Shown here piece after piece: positions 9,759 to 19,291 of a stretch of DNA of 64,000 nt (its first letter is position 1; each line of letters starts with the position of its first letter). The stretch spans positions 28 to 64,027 of the forward strand of contig JAGXKT010000010.1 in NCBI GenBank assembly GCA_018335035.1. Reading direction: 5' to 3'. The translations under genes and the position numbers were made by a program. Under the pieces are notes generated by a model. The model ran no database searches, was not told where the DNA came from, and saw only the letters and a program-made list of their open reading frames with translations. Source of the stretch: Phycisphaerae bacterium (lineage in GTDB: Bacteria; Planctomycetota; Phycisphaerae; SM23-33).

Positions 9759-11015
9759 TTACGTCAAGCCGCTGGTATTGTGAAACTGCAGTTCGCGAAT
9801 CTCGCCCTCGCCGTCGGCGTCGACGATCTCCAGCCAGGCCTTGCACGCCTTGACCAGGGGGAACCGGCAGATGGCCTTGTGCCCGATGCTCTTGCCCTCG
9901 TAGAGCGTGGTGTCGCGCCCTTCCGGCGCGGGAGTGATGCGGATCGCGAACCGACGGACGTGCTCGCCGCGGGTGATGTCCTCCTGAATGACCGCATGGT
10001 CCATCAGGAACGGTTCAGCCGGTTCGTACACGAGACGATTGCCCGCCTGACGGCAGTCCGCCCTCGTGCACAGCGGCGAGCCGAAACGCCGCCGCAGCGC
10101 CTCGCCGAATTCGGTCAGCCGGGCAGCGTCCTCCTCGTGGACGCGTCCCCGCAGGTCCGGGCCGACGTTCAGCAGCAGGTTGCAGCCCCGCCCCACGGAG
10201 TAGTCGTACAGCCCCATCAGTTCCTCGACGCTTTTGAGCGGGTCGTCCGTGCCGCGCCACGTCCAGCCCTCGTAGCGGAGACGGCAGTCGCACTCGGCCG
10301 GCAGCCAGGTCGGGGCGGGCATGGTGTCCACCTCGTCGGATTCGATGGAAAACGGCACCTGCTCGACGGTATTCCAGTTGGGAATGGAGGCGATGCCGGC
10401 CTCGTTGCCGACCCAGCGGAAATCGGGATCGCCCATGTTGAAGATCCGAATCTCCGGCTGCATCGCGCGGATCTCCTGGATCAGCATGGGCCAGTTGTAC
10501 GCGTGCCCCTCGCTGAACGCGCCGTCGAACCAGAGAATGTCGATCGGGCCGTACGCGCCGCCGAGAAGCTCCCGCATGTGACTGAGGAAGTACTCATCGT
10601 AGGCCGGCGGGTCGGCCTGGTACGACGGCTCGTGCGCGTCGAACGGCGAGTAGTACAGCCCGACCGCCAGGTGCTGCCCGCGGCAGGCGTCGACGAACTC
10701 GCCGACGACGTCGCCCGCCCCGTCGCGCCACGAGCAGGCCGCCGTGGAGAAATTCGGTGTCGTCGCCGACGGCCAATGGCAGAAGCCGTCGTGATGCTTG
10801 GCCGTGTAGACCATGTACCGCGCCCCGGCCTGGGAGGCCAACTGCGCCCACTGCTGGCAATCCAGCTCGCTCGGGTCAAAGGCCTCGGTCTGGACCGAGT
10901 CCTTCTCGGCCTTGAAGTCCGTCTGGTGCGTGTACTGCCCGGCCAGAAAGTGAATGAACAGCCCGAATTCCCAATCCTGGAAGTCAAGCTGCCGCTGCGT
11001 CGGTTTGGCGGTCAT
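9759..11015 (-). CDS. Alpha-L-fucosidase (GH29), no signal peptide
   Basis: GH29 N-terminal blocks WEFGLFIHF, WAQLASQAGARYMVYTAKHHDGFCHWPS and ILWFDG. Confidence 0.8.
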   Translation of the reverse strand: MTAKPTQRQLDFQDWEFGLFIHFLAGQYTHQTDFKAEKDSVQTEAFDPSELDCQQWAQLASQAGARYMVYTAKHHDGFCHWPSATTPNFSTAACSWRDGAGDVVGEFVDACRGQHLAVGLYYSPFDAHEPSYQADPPAYDEYFLSHMRELLGGAYGPIDILWFDGAFSEGHAYNWPMLIQEIRAMQPEIRIFNMGDPDFRWVGNEAGIASIPNWNTVEQVPFSIESDEVDTMPAPTWLPAECDCRLRYEGWTWRGTDDPLKSVEELMGLYDYSVGRGCNLLLNVGPDLRGRVHEEDAARLTEFGEALRRRFGSPLCTRADCRQAGNRLVYEPAEPFLMDHAVIQEDITRGEHVRRFAIRITPAPEGRDTTLYEGKSIGHKAICRFPLVKACKAWLEIVDADGEGEIRELQFHNTSGLT

Positions 11016-11176
11016 GCGTGTTCGCTCCGACAGGTCGGTTCGATGCGTATCGGCTTACAGCGATGTGCGCAAGATTCTCGACAACCGGAGCACCGAATGT
11101 CAACGGAGCTGTTGGCGAGGGAAGGCAAACACCATGGGGCGCCGTCCCCAGATCACGCGCGACGCAGGTCGGCGGC

Positions 11177-11950
11177 TCAGCGGTCGAAGTCCGCCCACAG
11201 GCCGTGCGTTTCCGTCTCGTCGAGGTAGAGATAGTCGGGGGCGTCCACGAACGGGCGTAGTTCACCGGTGGGGAATTCCGGGTCGTAGATCGTCTCCTCG
11301 ATCTGCTCGATGCCGACCCACGCCACGGAGCCGTCGCCGTAGCCGACGTTCAGCCCATCGCCGTGGCGATTCTCGACGGACCCCGAGCCGAAGACGTAGT
11401 CCGACACCATCGCCTGTTGGGCTGAGACCTGCCGCGGTAGGTCAGGGAAGTTGTTGCCGGACCAAAACCAGGCCGGCCACTGGACGCTCGGACGGGTTCC
11501 GTATCCGGCACGGCAGAACGTGGAGCCCTCAAGCGGCGGCCATTCGTTGCCGTCCCCGTTGTAAGCGAGGAACTGGTTGTCGCTTTGGCTCGGACAGTAA
11601 AACAGGCGCCCCTGTTCGACCAGTTCGGCCTGCCAGAGCTTGCCCAGCATCATATAGGCATCTTCGTTGTTCTGATAATTGACGACGTAGTCGCCCCACT
11701 TGCCGGCGCCGTAGTACCCAACGGGCACCATGCCGTACTCCGTAGCATACGCCAGCATCTGCGTGGTGATGCCGCGCACCTGCACCGCACAGGACGAACG
11801 GTGCGCCAAGTCTCTGGCGCGCTCCAGCGATGGCATCAGAATGCTCACCAACACCGCGATAATCGCGATGACCACGAGCAACTCGATCAACGTAAATGCG
11901 CGCGTCGAGACCATCGGCTTTTCGTGCGGGGCCATGTGATATTTCTCCAC
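11177..11950 (-). CDS. DUF1559 'H-X9-DG' protein with prepilin-type N-terminal cleavage/methylation domain (Planctomycete-type pseudopilin-like)
   Basis: RAFTLIELLVVIAIIAVLVSILMPSL prepilin N-terminus. C-terminal NRHGDGLNVGYGDGSV is an H-X9-DG motif. Start uncertain between M at 11950, 11935 and MVSTRAF. Confidence 0.75.
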   Translation of the reverse strand: MEKYHMAPHEKPMVSTRAFTLIELLVVIAIIAVLVSILMPSLERARDLAHRSSCAVQVRGITTQMLAYATEYGMVPVGYYGAGKWGDYVVNYQNNEDAYMMLGKLWQAELVEQGRLFYCPSQSDNQFLAYNGDGNEWPPLEGSTFCRAGYGTRPSVQWPAWFWSGNNFPDLPRQVSAQQAMVSDYVFGSGSVENRHGDGLNVGYGDGSVAWVGIEQIEETIYDPEFPTGELRPFVDAPDYLYLDETETHGLWADFDR

Positions 11951-12348
11951 GATGGGTTACCTAAGACCGGCGTGACCAGCGACGACATGCGACGGCACGC
12001 GCCGGACTCGCTTATGCCGGCTTCAGCCAAGACCAAGGCGGCGCCCAACGGCAAACGAAGAAGCCAATTGCTCCGATGTAAGACCGCCACGGTACCGGAA
12101 ATTCTAACATGCATAACCGGTATATCAAAGAAAGGATTGCCCTGCGTGACGCGGCATGTCTAGCCCACAGAAATGCTGATCGCGCGCGAAATCCGGCGTA
12201 CGGTAGGCCAGGGCCCGTGAGACCCGTCATGCGAGAGCGGCCTGTATACCGGCTGAGGGGGCCGCGATCGCCGCAGCGGACGCAAACCAACCCGGCCGGT
12301 GCGCACGGCGCGGGGGGCCTCAGACGCTGCAGGAATACGGCGGCCGCG

Positions 12349-14262
12349 CTACGGCGAATCCGGCGGGGCCGCGCTGTACAGCCCCATCGCACGCGTAGCC
12401 GGCTTGACGCGAAGTTGCTTCGTTTCGTCGCGGCGAATCTCGATCGCCTGAAGTGCCCGCGTCCGGTCGCCGGCGAACTGCACGTACGACGCCGTCAGCG
12501 ACGCGTCCTTCGTGATGAAGTAGGGCACTGCCTCCAGTTGCACGCCCGGCACGGGCGACTCGCCGAACCAGCGGTACTGGTCCGGGCGGAAGTGGTCGCG
12601 GAAGAACCCGCCGAGGATCTCGCTACGCCCGCCGTCCAGCGTGACGACGTGCACGGCCGGGGATTCCGTCTTCATGCTCAGCACCCACAGGTTCGCGCCG
12701 CGGTTGATCACGTAGGTGCGGGGCAGTTTGTACCGTCCGCCCTGCTCGATGCGGAACGGGTTGTTCTCGGGGTTGTACTGGCGAATCCAGACGTTCTGCC
12801 CGGGATGAAGCCGCAGGCTGGCGCCGGTCTCGTCGAGGAACAGGTCGCCCGTCGCCTCCGGCCGTGCGGTCAGCCCGTGGAACCAGCCGTACTTGATATG
12901 CACCGGGCGCGACGTGGCGATCTCGATGCGGTCGTTGTGCGTCGGCCAGGCGGAGATGCTGACCGACTCGATGGTCACCGGTCGGCCCTCGCCTGCGACG
13001 CGGAGCATGGGCTTGTCCGCGAAGTTCCCTTTCGGGTCGATGGCGCGAAGATTGCCATGGTGGTGCTTCAGCGCGAGGATGCGGCGGACCGCGCCACGGA
13101 CGACGATGGTGTCGCTGATCTTGTACTGCACGTTCGCCGGCAGAAAGACCGTCCTGGCGCCGGAGTCGATGGCGGCCTGCAAGGCCCGCGTGTCGTCCTC
13201 GCCCGAGCCGTCCGGCGTGACCCATTGGTCCACCGGCTCGACGAACGTAGCGGGCGGGTCCTTGATCTTGAGGCCGATGTGCCCCTCGGCGGCCGGGAAC
13301 ACCGCCTCGCGCCGTCCGGCGACGGCCTCGTCGATCGACGCGCCGGGCACGACGGTGCCTTCGGCCCGCAGCGCGGCCTTGTAGCCGCTCGTGCGAACGT
13401 TCCGCAGGTAGTGAGAACCATCGCTCTCGATGGCGCAGACGTCGGGTGAGCCACCGGTCAGTTTCCCGTCGATGAGTACGAACTGGGCGAGCTGGCCGCC
13501 GTTGCGCACGGCCGGGACCGCGTTGTGGCTGACCAGTCCGCGAACCGAGACGGGCAGATGATTCTCGAAGCCGACGACCTTCTGGGCTTTGAGCGTGATA
13601 TTCTCGAACGCGCAGCTCGACGGGCTGCCCGGCGTCTTGACGCCCACATCGAACCCCTCGACGGCGATGTTGCGGACCATGCCGGGCCCGAACTCCGTGT
13701 CCGACAGGTCGATACCGACGGCACCCGATCCGTCGGCGGCGCGAAGGGTCACGTCCTCGACCACGCCGTGATTGTGCGTGGTGAAACGGACGCCGACGGC
13801 GCCGGGATTCCCGCGCCCTACGTCGATCGTCATGTTGCGGACGTAATTGCTGAACGCGGCATTGCAGCGCGCATCCCGGCCGTAGAAGGGCCCCCGGGCG
13901 CCGGTGACGACAACGCCCTTCGGATCGCCGTCGTAGCCCGGGCAGTCGTCCTTGAGCTTGATGATGGTCCCGTCGCGGCTTTGGCCCTGGAGCGTGATCC
14001 AGTTGCCCCAGGCGATCCGGTCGCTGACGAGGTACGTCCCGTCCGGCACGTAGATGACCTGGAAGTGCCGCTTGACCGCCTGAATCGCCTTAACGAACGC
14101 GGCCGTGTCGTCCGTCTTGCCGTCGCCCTTGGCGCCGAAGTCGCGAACGTTGAACTGCCCGGCACCGGCGGGGTAGACGACCTCCCGGGCGCCCGCTGTC
14201 GCGGCGCAACCACACAATAGAAGCATCGCGATGACGAGGTCGGCTCGAAGTACGTCGATCAT
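12349..14262 (-). CDS. Secreted GH55-like double beta-helix hydrolase (third paralog), possible lipoprotein
   Basis: Start moved to ATG 14262 (MIDVLRADLVIAMLLLCGCAATAGA). FGAKGDGKTDDTAAFVKAI and DGSGEDDTRALQAAIDSGARTVFLP motifs. The track start 14391 has an R-rich extension. Confidence 0.8.
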   Translation of the reverse strand: MIDVLRADLVIAMLLLCGCAATAGAREVVYPAGAGQFNVRDFGAKGDGKTDDTAAFVKAIQAVKRHFQVIYVPDGTYLVSDRIAWGNWITLQGQSRDGTIIKLKDDCPGYDGDPKGVVVTGARGPFYGRDARCNAAFSNYVRNMTIDVGRGNPGAVGVRFTTHNHGVVEDVTLRAADGSGAVGIDLSDTEFGPGMVRNIAVEGFDVGVKTPGSPSSCAFENITLKAQKVVGFENHLPVSVRGLVSHNAVPAVRNGGQLAQFVLIDGKLTGGSPDVCAIESDGSHYLRNVRTSGYKAALRAEGTVVPGASIDEAVAGRREAVFPAAEGHIGLKIKDPPATFVEPVDQWVTPDGSGEDDTRALQAAIDSGARTVFLPANVQYKISDTIVVRGAVRRILALKHHHGNLRAIDPKGNFADKPMLRVAGEGRPVTIESVSISAWPTHNDRIEIATSRPVHIKYGWFHGLTARPEATGDLFLDETGASLRLHPGQNVWIRQYNPENNPFRIEQGGRYKLPRTYVINRGANLWVLSMKTESPAVHVVTLDGGRSEILGGFFRDHFRPDQYRWFGESPVPGVQLEAVPYFITKDASLTASYVQFAGDRTRALQAIEIRRDETKQLRVKPATRAMGLYSAAPPDSP

Positions 14263-14288
14263 GATGGTGCCCTTTCGCACGCGGTCCG

Positions 14289-15893
14289 TCACTTGTCGGC
14301 GGACGCCGGGCGGTACCACTTGTCCGAGACGATCGCCTTGCGAAGCGCGTCGGGCCATTGGACGATCAACGCGTCCCGCTCCCCCCGGCACCGCTCGCCG
14401 AAGGTCACGTTGTCCCAGCGTTCGGCGATCGACGGGTTCTCCAACAGCAGCCCACCGACGGCGAGGTCGTCGAAGCGGACGTTTCGCAACATCAACTCGC
14501 CGCAGATGCCCAGCGTGATCTCCTCAGGCATCTGCTTGTAGCCGTCCAGGCGCCCTTCAAACCACGCATTATGCCGTCGGTGCCAGCAGATGACCAGCTT
14601 CGCTTCGTCCGGATCGGCCGTGTGGACCACCACCTCCGCCGACGGGGTGAAGATCGCGCCCGGCACACGCCGCTTGACATCGCGGAAACCGGCCGGCGCC
14701 TTGAAGCTGATGCCGAAGCAAACGTCCTCCGTAATTGGATGGGCCTCGGTGCCCGCCTCAATCCGCCCGGCGATGATGATGTCCATCGAGCCCTGGCTGT
14801 ACTTGAAGCCGTAGCCGCTGCCGGGTGCCGTGTGGGCCTTGCCGTACTCGGCGCCGGACATCAGCCGCAGCGTCGTGCCACGGGAAATGTGCTGCACCGA
14901 ACGGGTCCCCGCCCAGAGCTGGCTGCCCTCGGCGACGATCGCCGTGCCGGCCTTCATCTGGAAATCGTCGCTGCTGACGACGGTCCCCGAGAACTCGACC
15001 GACGCGTCGCCTTCCTTGCGTACGTTCAGGTACTGCGACATTCCGTATGGCTTGCCGACCGGGATGATGAACCCGCCGCGAACGGGCTTCGCGCCGGGGG
15101 ATTCCGGCGTCAGCCGCGGCTGATCGTTCAGGAAGAACGTGTGCTTCGCGCCGCACATGACCGTGGTGTAACGGCAACGATAGATCCCGTCGCGCGCCAC
15201 CCACAGGTTGCCCACCATCTGCGGAACCGTCGACGGGTTGAATTTGGCGTTATGCTCGACGGTGACGTGGCGAAACTTGATGATGCCGGCCGGACGCAGT
15301 TTGTACTTGGACTGGTATGATTTCGCCGCGACCGGTACGAGAATGTCCGTATCCGGGCCCAGCCAGGAGACCTTCAGGTCTCTGCGGTCGATGGTCTCGA
15401 CGGGGGGCCAGAGCTCCTCGCCGGTGCCGCCGACAACAATCCAGTTGTCCGGGTCGTGCAGCACGCCGGTGGTACCGGGATTCTTCCAGACGAGCAGCCG
15501 GTGGGGTGCGTCCCACGTCTCGCCGGTGTAGGCGGGCTTGCGCCCGGTCGCCGGCGGCGCGTCCGGCCAGTCGGTCCGTCCGATCAGACGCTTCTCCTCG
15601 TCCGTCAGCGCGCGCTTGGCATTGAGTTGCTCGCGCTTGCCTTGGACCGTCACCGCGTGGACATGCTGCTTCATGAACGACCGCAGCGTCGCCAGGCGCG
15701 GTGAATAGACGACCAGGTAGTCGTCCATCTCGCATTCGACGGCCAACTTGCCTTCGATCCGCGTTCCGTCAACAAGCTCGATCGTACACGCCGCCAGCTT
15801 GACCGTCGGCGCCCCTTCAGCCGTGACGCAGCCCGTCACGATCATGAGACAAGCGGCGATTTCAACGGCGACAGACCACTTTATTCGCATCAT
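14289..15893 (-). CDS. Hypothetical lipoprotein, 534 aa, no recognisable domain
   Basis: Start ATG 15893 (MMRIKWSVAVEIAACLMIVTGC) with GAGGAG ~8 nt upstream. The lipobox V-T-G-C fits. The track start 15965 adds an R/C-rich leader. A 26-bp gap separates it from the GH55 gene downstream. Confidence 0.55.
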   Translation of the reverse strand: MMRIKWSVAVEIAACLMIVTGCVTAEGAPTVKLAACTIELVDGTRIEGKLAVECEMDDYLVVYSPRLATLRSFMKQHVHAVTVQGKREQLNAKRALTDEEKRLIGRTDWPDAPPATGRKPAYTGETWDAPHRLLVWKNPGTTGVLHDPDNWIVVGGTGEELWPPVETIDRRDLKVSWLGPDTDILVPVAAKSYQSKYKLRPAGIIKFRHVTVEHNAKFNPSTVPQMVGNLWVARDGIYRCRYTTVMCGAKHTFFLNDQPRLTPESPGAKPVRGGFIIPVGKPYGMSQYLNVRKEGDASVEFSGTVVSSDDFQMKAGTAIVAEGSQLWAGTRSVQHISRGTTLRLMSGAEYGKAHTAPGSGYGFKYSQGSMDIIIAGRIEAGTEAHPITEDVCFGISFKAPAGFRDVKRRVPGAIFTPSAEVVVHTADPDEAKLVICWHRRHNAWFEGRLDGYKQMPEEITLGICGELMLRNVRFDDLAVGGLLLENPSIAERWDNVTFGERCRGERDALIVQWPDALRKAIVSDKWYRPASADK

Positions 15894-15978
15894 GGCACAT
15901 CTCCTCGGAAGAGCTCTGTTTGTGGAACACACGCGCTCGCCGATGCGCTCGCAAGTCGGTTGCAATTGGATGCCACGG

Positions 15979-18465
15979 TCACGTGCCGCTGCATGCAGGC
16001 GCGGGTGCGGCGCGCCCGGAATCAGCGCCGACGGGACACGCCGTGAAGCATCGCTCGACCGCGGGCGTGTAACCCGGGCGCTGGATGCGGTCGCTGTTCC
16101 GCACCGCCTCCACGATGTACTCCGGCGTGATCCGCTCGGGCACGGCGACGTCGTTGCGCGCGTGGCTGTACATGCCGCCGGATTCGGGGATCAGCTTGTA
16201 GCGTTTGGAAAAATCGCACCGCAGCAAATCCAGCCGGCCCCAGCGGAAGGTCCGACCCTCGACGGCGACCGACAATGTCTCGTCGCCGGCGATGGCAGCC
16301 ATCGGGCACGCCTGCACGCAGGCCTTGCACTCGGTGCACAGCGCCGGGCCGGCGTAGACGTCGTCGGTGTCCAATTCGGCATCGGTCACCAGGCAGACGA
16401 ACCGCTGCCGCGGGCCGAACTGTGGCGTCAGCACGATGCCATTCCAGCCGATCTCCCCGAGCCCGGCCGCAACGGCCGCGAACCGCGACGCCAGAAGATC
16501 CTGCCCCGCCCCGCCGATGCGCCCGGCCAGGCCGCACAGGTCGCGCGTCGGCGCGGCCGCGTGCCCCGCCGCTTCCAACAGGCGCGACAGCGTCAACTGG
16601 ATCGTCTCGAGCTGGCTCCAGGCCTCCTCGTGAACGACGGTGTGGTAATGCCCCGCCTTGTGCGCCAGCGGCTGGCCGACCTGGTCGATGCTCGCGTCCG
16701 GAAGCGCCACACCCAGAACGATGACCGACCGCGCGCCGTCGAGGTGGTCAGCCGGGCGCGTGGGCTGAAGCCGCTCCGGGCGGGCCTGCGGATTGAATGG
16801 CCAGCCCTGCCCGCCCCACAGGCACGGCCGGTCGATCGACCAGCCCTGATCCTCGACGACGAAGTAGTCTTCCGACTCGCGCGCGAACAGTTCCGCAAGC
16901 TGCGGGACGACCGCGTCCATCCGCGCCGCCGGCATGATGCCGACAAGGTCCGCGCCGGCGTCGGCGGCGACGCGCCGCACGCGTTGCGTCAGGTCGCTCG
17001 GCGTGGCCTCAACGCGCTCGAACTGCGGCGCGAGCTCGCACACCTGTCGCTCCAACGGTGCCGAGGTCAGGATCACGCGCCAGCGCTGCCGCCGGCCAAA
17101 GCGATCGGAGACCACCTTGCCGTACTCGGTGTCCATGCGCAGCGAGTAGTTGACGGTCGCCTTCTTTCCACCGTGCGCCTCGTGGGCGACCTCCTCGGAC
17201 GGACGCGCCAGACCCGCAACGACGGCCGCCTGCTCCTCGTCCAGCCCACTGCGAGGCAGCACCGAGAAGCCGTACCGCTCCTGCATGAGGTAGCCGATCA
17301 TGATCTCAGCGCGGGCGGCGTGGTAATCGACGTTCAACTCGCACCCATCGGGATAGCCCAGACCGATCACCACCGCCCCGGCCGCGTCGGGCATGATCTG
17401 CTTCAGGTCCACGCCCGCCCCGGCGTAGTCCTCGGCCGAGACTGTCGCCAGCATGTCCACGCCAAGCGTCTCAGCGAGGTTCCGGACATCTCCCGTCATC
17501 GCCTCCAGTGTCTCCGGCGACGCGTCGGGCTCGACATCCCGCCGGCGGCGCGGCGCCTTGCAGTAATCGCGGTCAAAGTAGCGCCGCGGCTTGGACATGC
17601 AGTGCTTGAGGCACATGCCCATCTTCCAGCCGGTGATCCACTCGTTGCGCTCCTTGACGGCGCGTTCCTCCATCTCGGTCATGAGCGCCTCGTCGACGTG
17701 CTTGCCCCGCCATTCGTCGAGTAACACGTCGAGCATGAAGTTCTCGCCGGTCGCGCAGCGCCACAGGTTCCGGTCGGGAAACTCGTATCGCCTGCCTTCG
17801 ATCTCGATGTGCCGCATCTCGCCGCTGACGTCCTCGTCGAAGCATCGCGTGGGGCAGTTCTTCGCGCACAGCTTGCAGCGGTCGCACAGCGCGGGCCCGT
17901 CGTACATCGGCGTCGGCGTCAGCTCCGCGTCCGTCACGATGCTCACGAACCGCTGCCGCGGGCCGAACTCCGGCGTCAGGCAGATGTTCTGCCAGCCGAC
18001 CTCGCCGAGCCCCGCGCAGACGGCCGCGTAGTAATGGCACATGTCGCCGACCCAGCCGCGATCGTGACTGCCGTCCGACAGCGGCGCCGCGCGATAGCGC
18101 CACTGACCGCTCTGGCGGACGAACAGCGCCTGATGCCCGAGCCGCTCCAGCCGCCGCATGACCTTCCACGCGATGTCGTGGAGCATCGCCGAGACGTTCA
18201 TCTGCGTCATCGCCGGCCCGGGATAGCGCGGGTCCTGCTCGGCGCCGAGTTCGGCCGGGGCGTCCAGAAAGTGACACGCGCAGACGATCACGTTCTTCGC
18301 CGCCGGGAAGATGCCCTGCGGGCTGTGTTCGATGGGGGCCTTGTCCCAGCGCGATACGGGCGCGACGCCGACAAGATTGGCCCCGAGCTGCCTGGCGTAG
18401 CGCGTGATGTCCTCGGTCAGGGCCTGAACATCTGCGCGCGCGTCACTTTGCATCGATTCAGTCAT
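15979..18465 (-). CDS. Tandem-duplicated epoxyqueuosine reductase (QueG)/reductive-dehalogenase-superfamily-like Fe-S protein, 828 aa
   Basis: Two copies of the QueG core. Copy 1: AAVCAGLGEVGWQNICLTPEFGPRQRFVSIVTDAEL...GPALCDRCKLCAKNCPT. Copy 2: AAVAAGLGEIGWNGIVLTPQFGPRQRFVCLVTDAEL...GPALCTECKACVQACP. Both have C-x2-C-x2-C-x3-CP. AGGAAG 8 nt upstream of ATG 18465. Confidence 0.65.
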   Translation of the reverse strand: MTESMQSDARADVQALTEDITRYARQLGANLVGVAPVSRWDKAPIEHSPQGIFPAAKNVIVCACHFLDAPAELGAEQDPRYPGPAMTQMNVSAMLHDIAWKVMRRLERLGHQALFVRQSGQWRYRAAPLSDGSHDRGWVGDMCHYYAAVCAGLGEVGWQNICLTPEFGPRQRFVSIVTDAELTPTPMYDGPALCDRCKLCAKNCPTRCFDEDVSGEMRHIEIEGRRYEFPDRNLWRCATGENFMLDVLLDEWRGKHVDEALMTEMEERAVKERNEWITGWKMGMCLKHCMSKPRRYFDRDYCKAPRRRRDVEPDASPETLEAMTGDVRNLAETLGVDMLATVSAEDYAGAGVDLKQIMPDAAGAVVIGLGYPDGCELNVDYHAARAEIMIGYLMQERYGFSVLPRSGLDEEQAAVVAGLARPSEEVAHEAHGGKKATVNYSLRMDTEYGKVVSDRFGRRQRWRVILTSAPLERQVCELAPQFERVEATPSDLTQRVRRVAADAGADLVGIMPAARMDAVVPQLAELFARESEDYFVVEDQGWSIDRPCLWGGQGWPFNPQARPERLQPTRPADHLDGARSVIVLGVALPDASIDQVGQPLAHKAGHYHTVVHEEAWSQLETIQLTLSRLLEAAGHAAAPTRDLCGLAGRIGGAGQDLLASRFAAVAAGLGEIGWNGIVLTPQFGPRQRFVCLVTDAELDTDDVYAGPALCTECKACVQACPMAAIAGDETLSVAVEGRTFRWGRLDLLRCDFSKRYKLIPESGGMYSHARNDVAVPERITPEYIVEAVRNSDRIQRPGYTPAVERCFTACPVGADSGRAAPAPACSGT

Positions 18466-18484
18466 GGTAGACTTCCTGCGGCGT

Positions 18485-19261
18485 CTAGTCCGCCGCGATG
18501 GCTGTCTTGTTCTGGAAGGATTGTGTCAAGGCCTCGCTAAGCTGCTGCGCCGCCGCACGCCCGGCGGCGACGATCTGCCGGCGGCGACCATCATCGAAGC
18601 GCTGCAGCGGCACGCCCACGCCGAGCGCCGCCAGCGGCGTGCCCCCCTCAAAGACCGGAAACGCCACCTGCGCCACCTCCTCGCGATCCGTCAGCACGCA
18701 CATCCCCTCATCGCGAATGCGCTCCAGCGCGCCGGTGAGCGTATCGACCGTTTCGGCGCCGGGCCAACAGGCCTCCGTCGGCACGCCGCGTTCGGCCACG
18801 AAGGCCTCCACCTCCCGCGGCGCCGCGTGCGCCAGCAGCACGCGGCCGGTGGCCGTCTCGTAGACATCGTTGCGATACGGAATATCGTCGCGGACCTGCA
18901 CCGCCCGCTCCGGATGCACCACGCAGAGAATGGAGCGGCGGGCGCCCTTCAGCGTCGCGACGAGCACCATCTCCGCCAGCTCGGCGGACAGTTCCGCCAC
19001 AACGGGCTGGGCGGCGGCCACGATGTCGCGGCGATACGGTCCGTGGCGCGCGAGGAAGTACACCGTCGCCCCGAGCAGATAGCCCTTCTTGGGCGCGACC
19101 TGCTCGACGAGCCCACGGTCGATCAGGGTCTTGAGGATGTTGGCGCACGTCGAAGCGTTCTGCCCCAACGCCGTAGCGATCTCACCCAGCCCGACCGGGT
19201 CGCCCGGATGGGCGGCCAGCAGTTCCAACACGTCGCATGCCTTGTGAAGGACGCGTATCAT
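18485..19261 (-). CDS. IclR-family transcriptional regulator
   Basis: MIRVLHKACDVLELLAAHPGDPVGLGEIATALGQNASTCANILKTLIDRGLV is an IclR HTH, followed by an effector domain. Start trimmed from the 934-aa track ORF, the remainder of which is antisense to GH31. Confidence 0.75.
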   Translation of the reverse strand: MIRVLHKACDVLELLAAHPGDPVGLGEIATALGQNASTCANILKTLIDRGLVEQVAPKKGYLLGATVYFLARHGPYRRDIVAAAQPVVAELSAELAEMVLVATLKGARRSILCVVHPERAVQVRDDIPYRNDVYETATGRVLLAHAAPREVEAFVAERGVPTEACWPGAETVDTLTGALERIRDEGMCVLTDREEVAQVAFPVFEGGTPLAALGVGVPLQRFDDGRRRQIVAAGRAAAQQLSEALTQSFQNKTAIAAD

Positions 19262-19272
19262 TTCAAGGACAC

Positions 19273-19291
19273 AAAAGCGAACCTCGCTTTG
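19273..19291. promoter_or_regulatory. Perfect 7-bp inverted repeat AAAGCGA-acc-TCGCTTT, 13-29 nt upstream of the iclR ATG, in the iclR/GH31 divergent region
   Basis: Seen directly in the sequence. Palindromic operators are typical of IclR regulators. Could equally be an mRNA hairpin. Confidence 0.3.

Noticed and set aside
8186-11228. Plus-strand ORFs 8186..9337 and 9705..11228
   Set aside because: Antisense to the sulfatase and GH29 genes. Compositionally biased.
15748-17724. 658-aa plus-strand ORF
   Set aside because: Antisense to the tandem QueG-like gene, which has clear Fe-S motifs in the minus frame.
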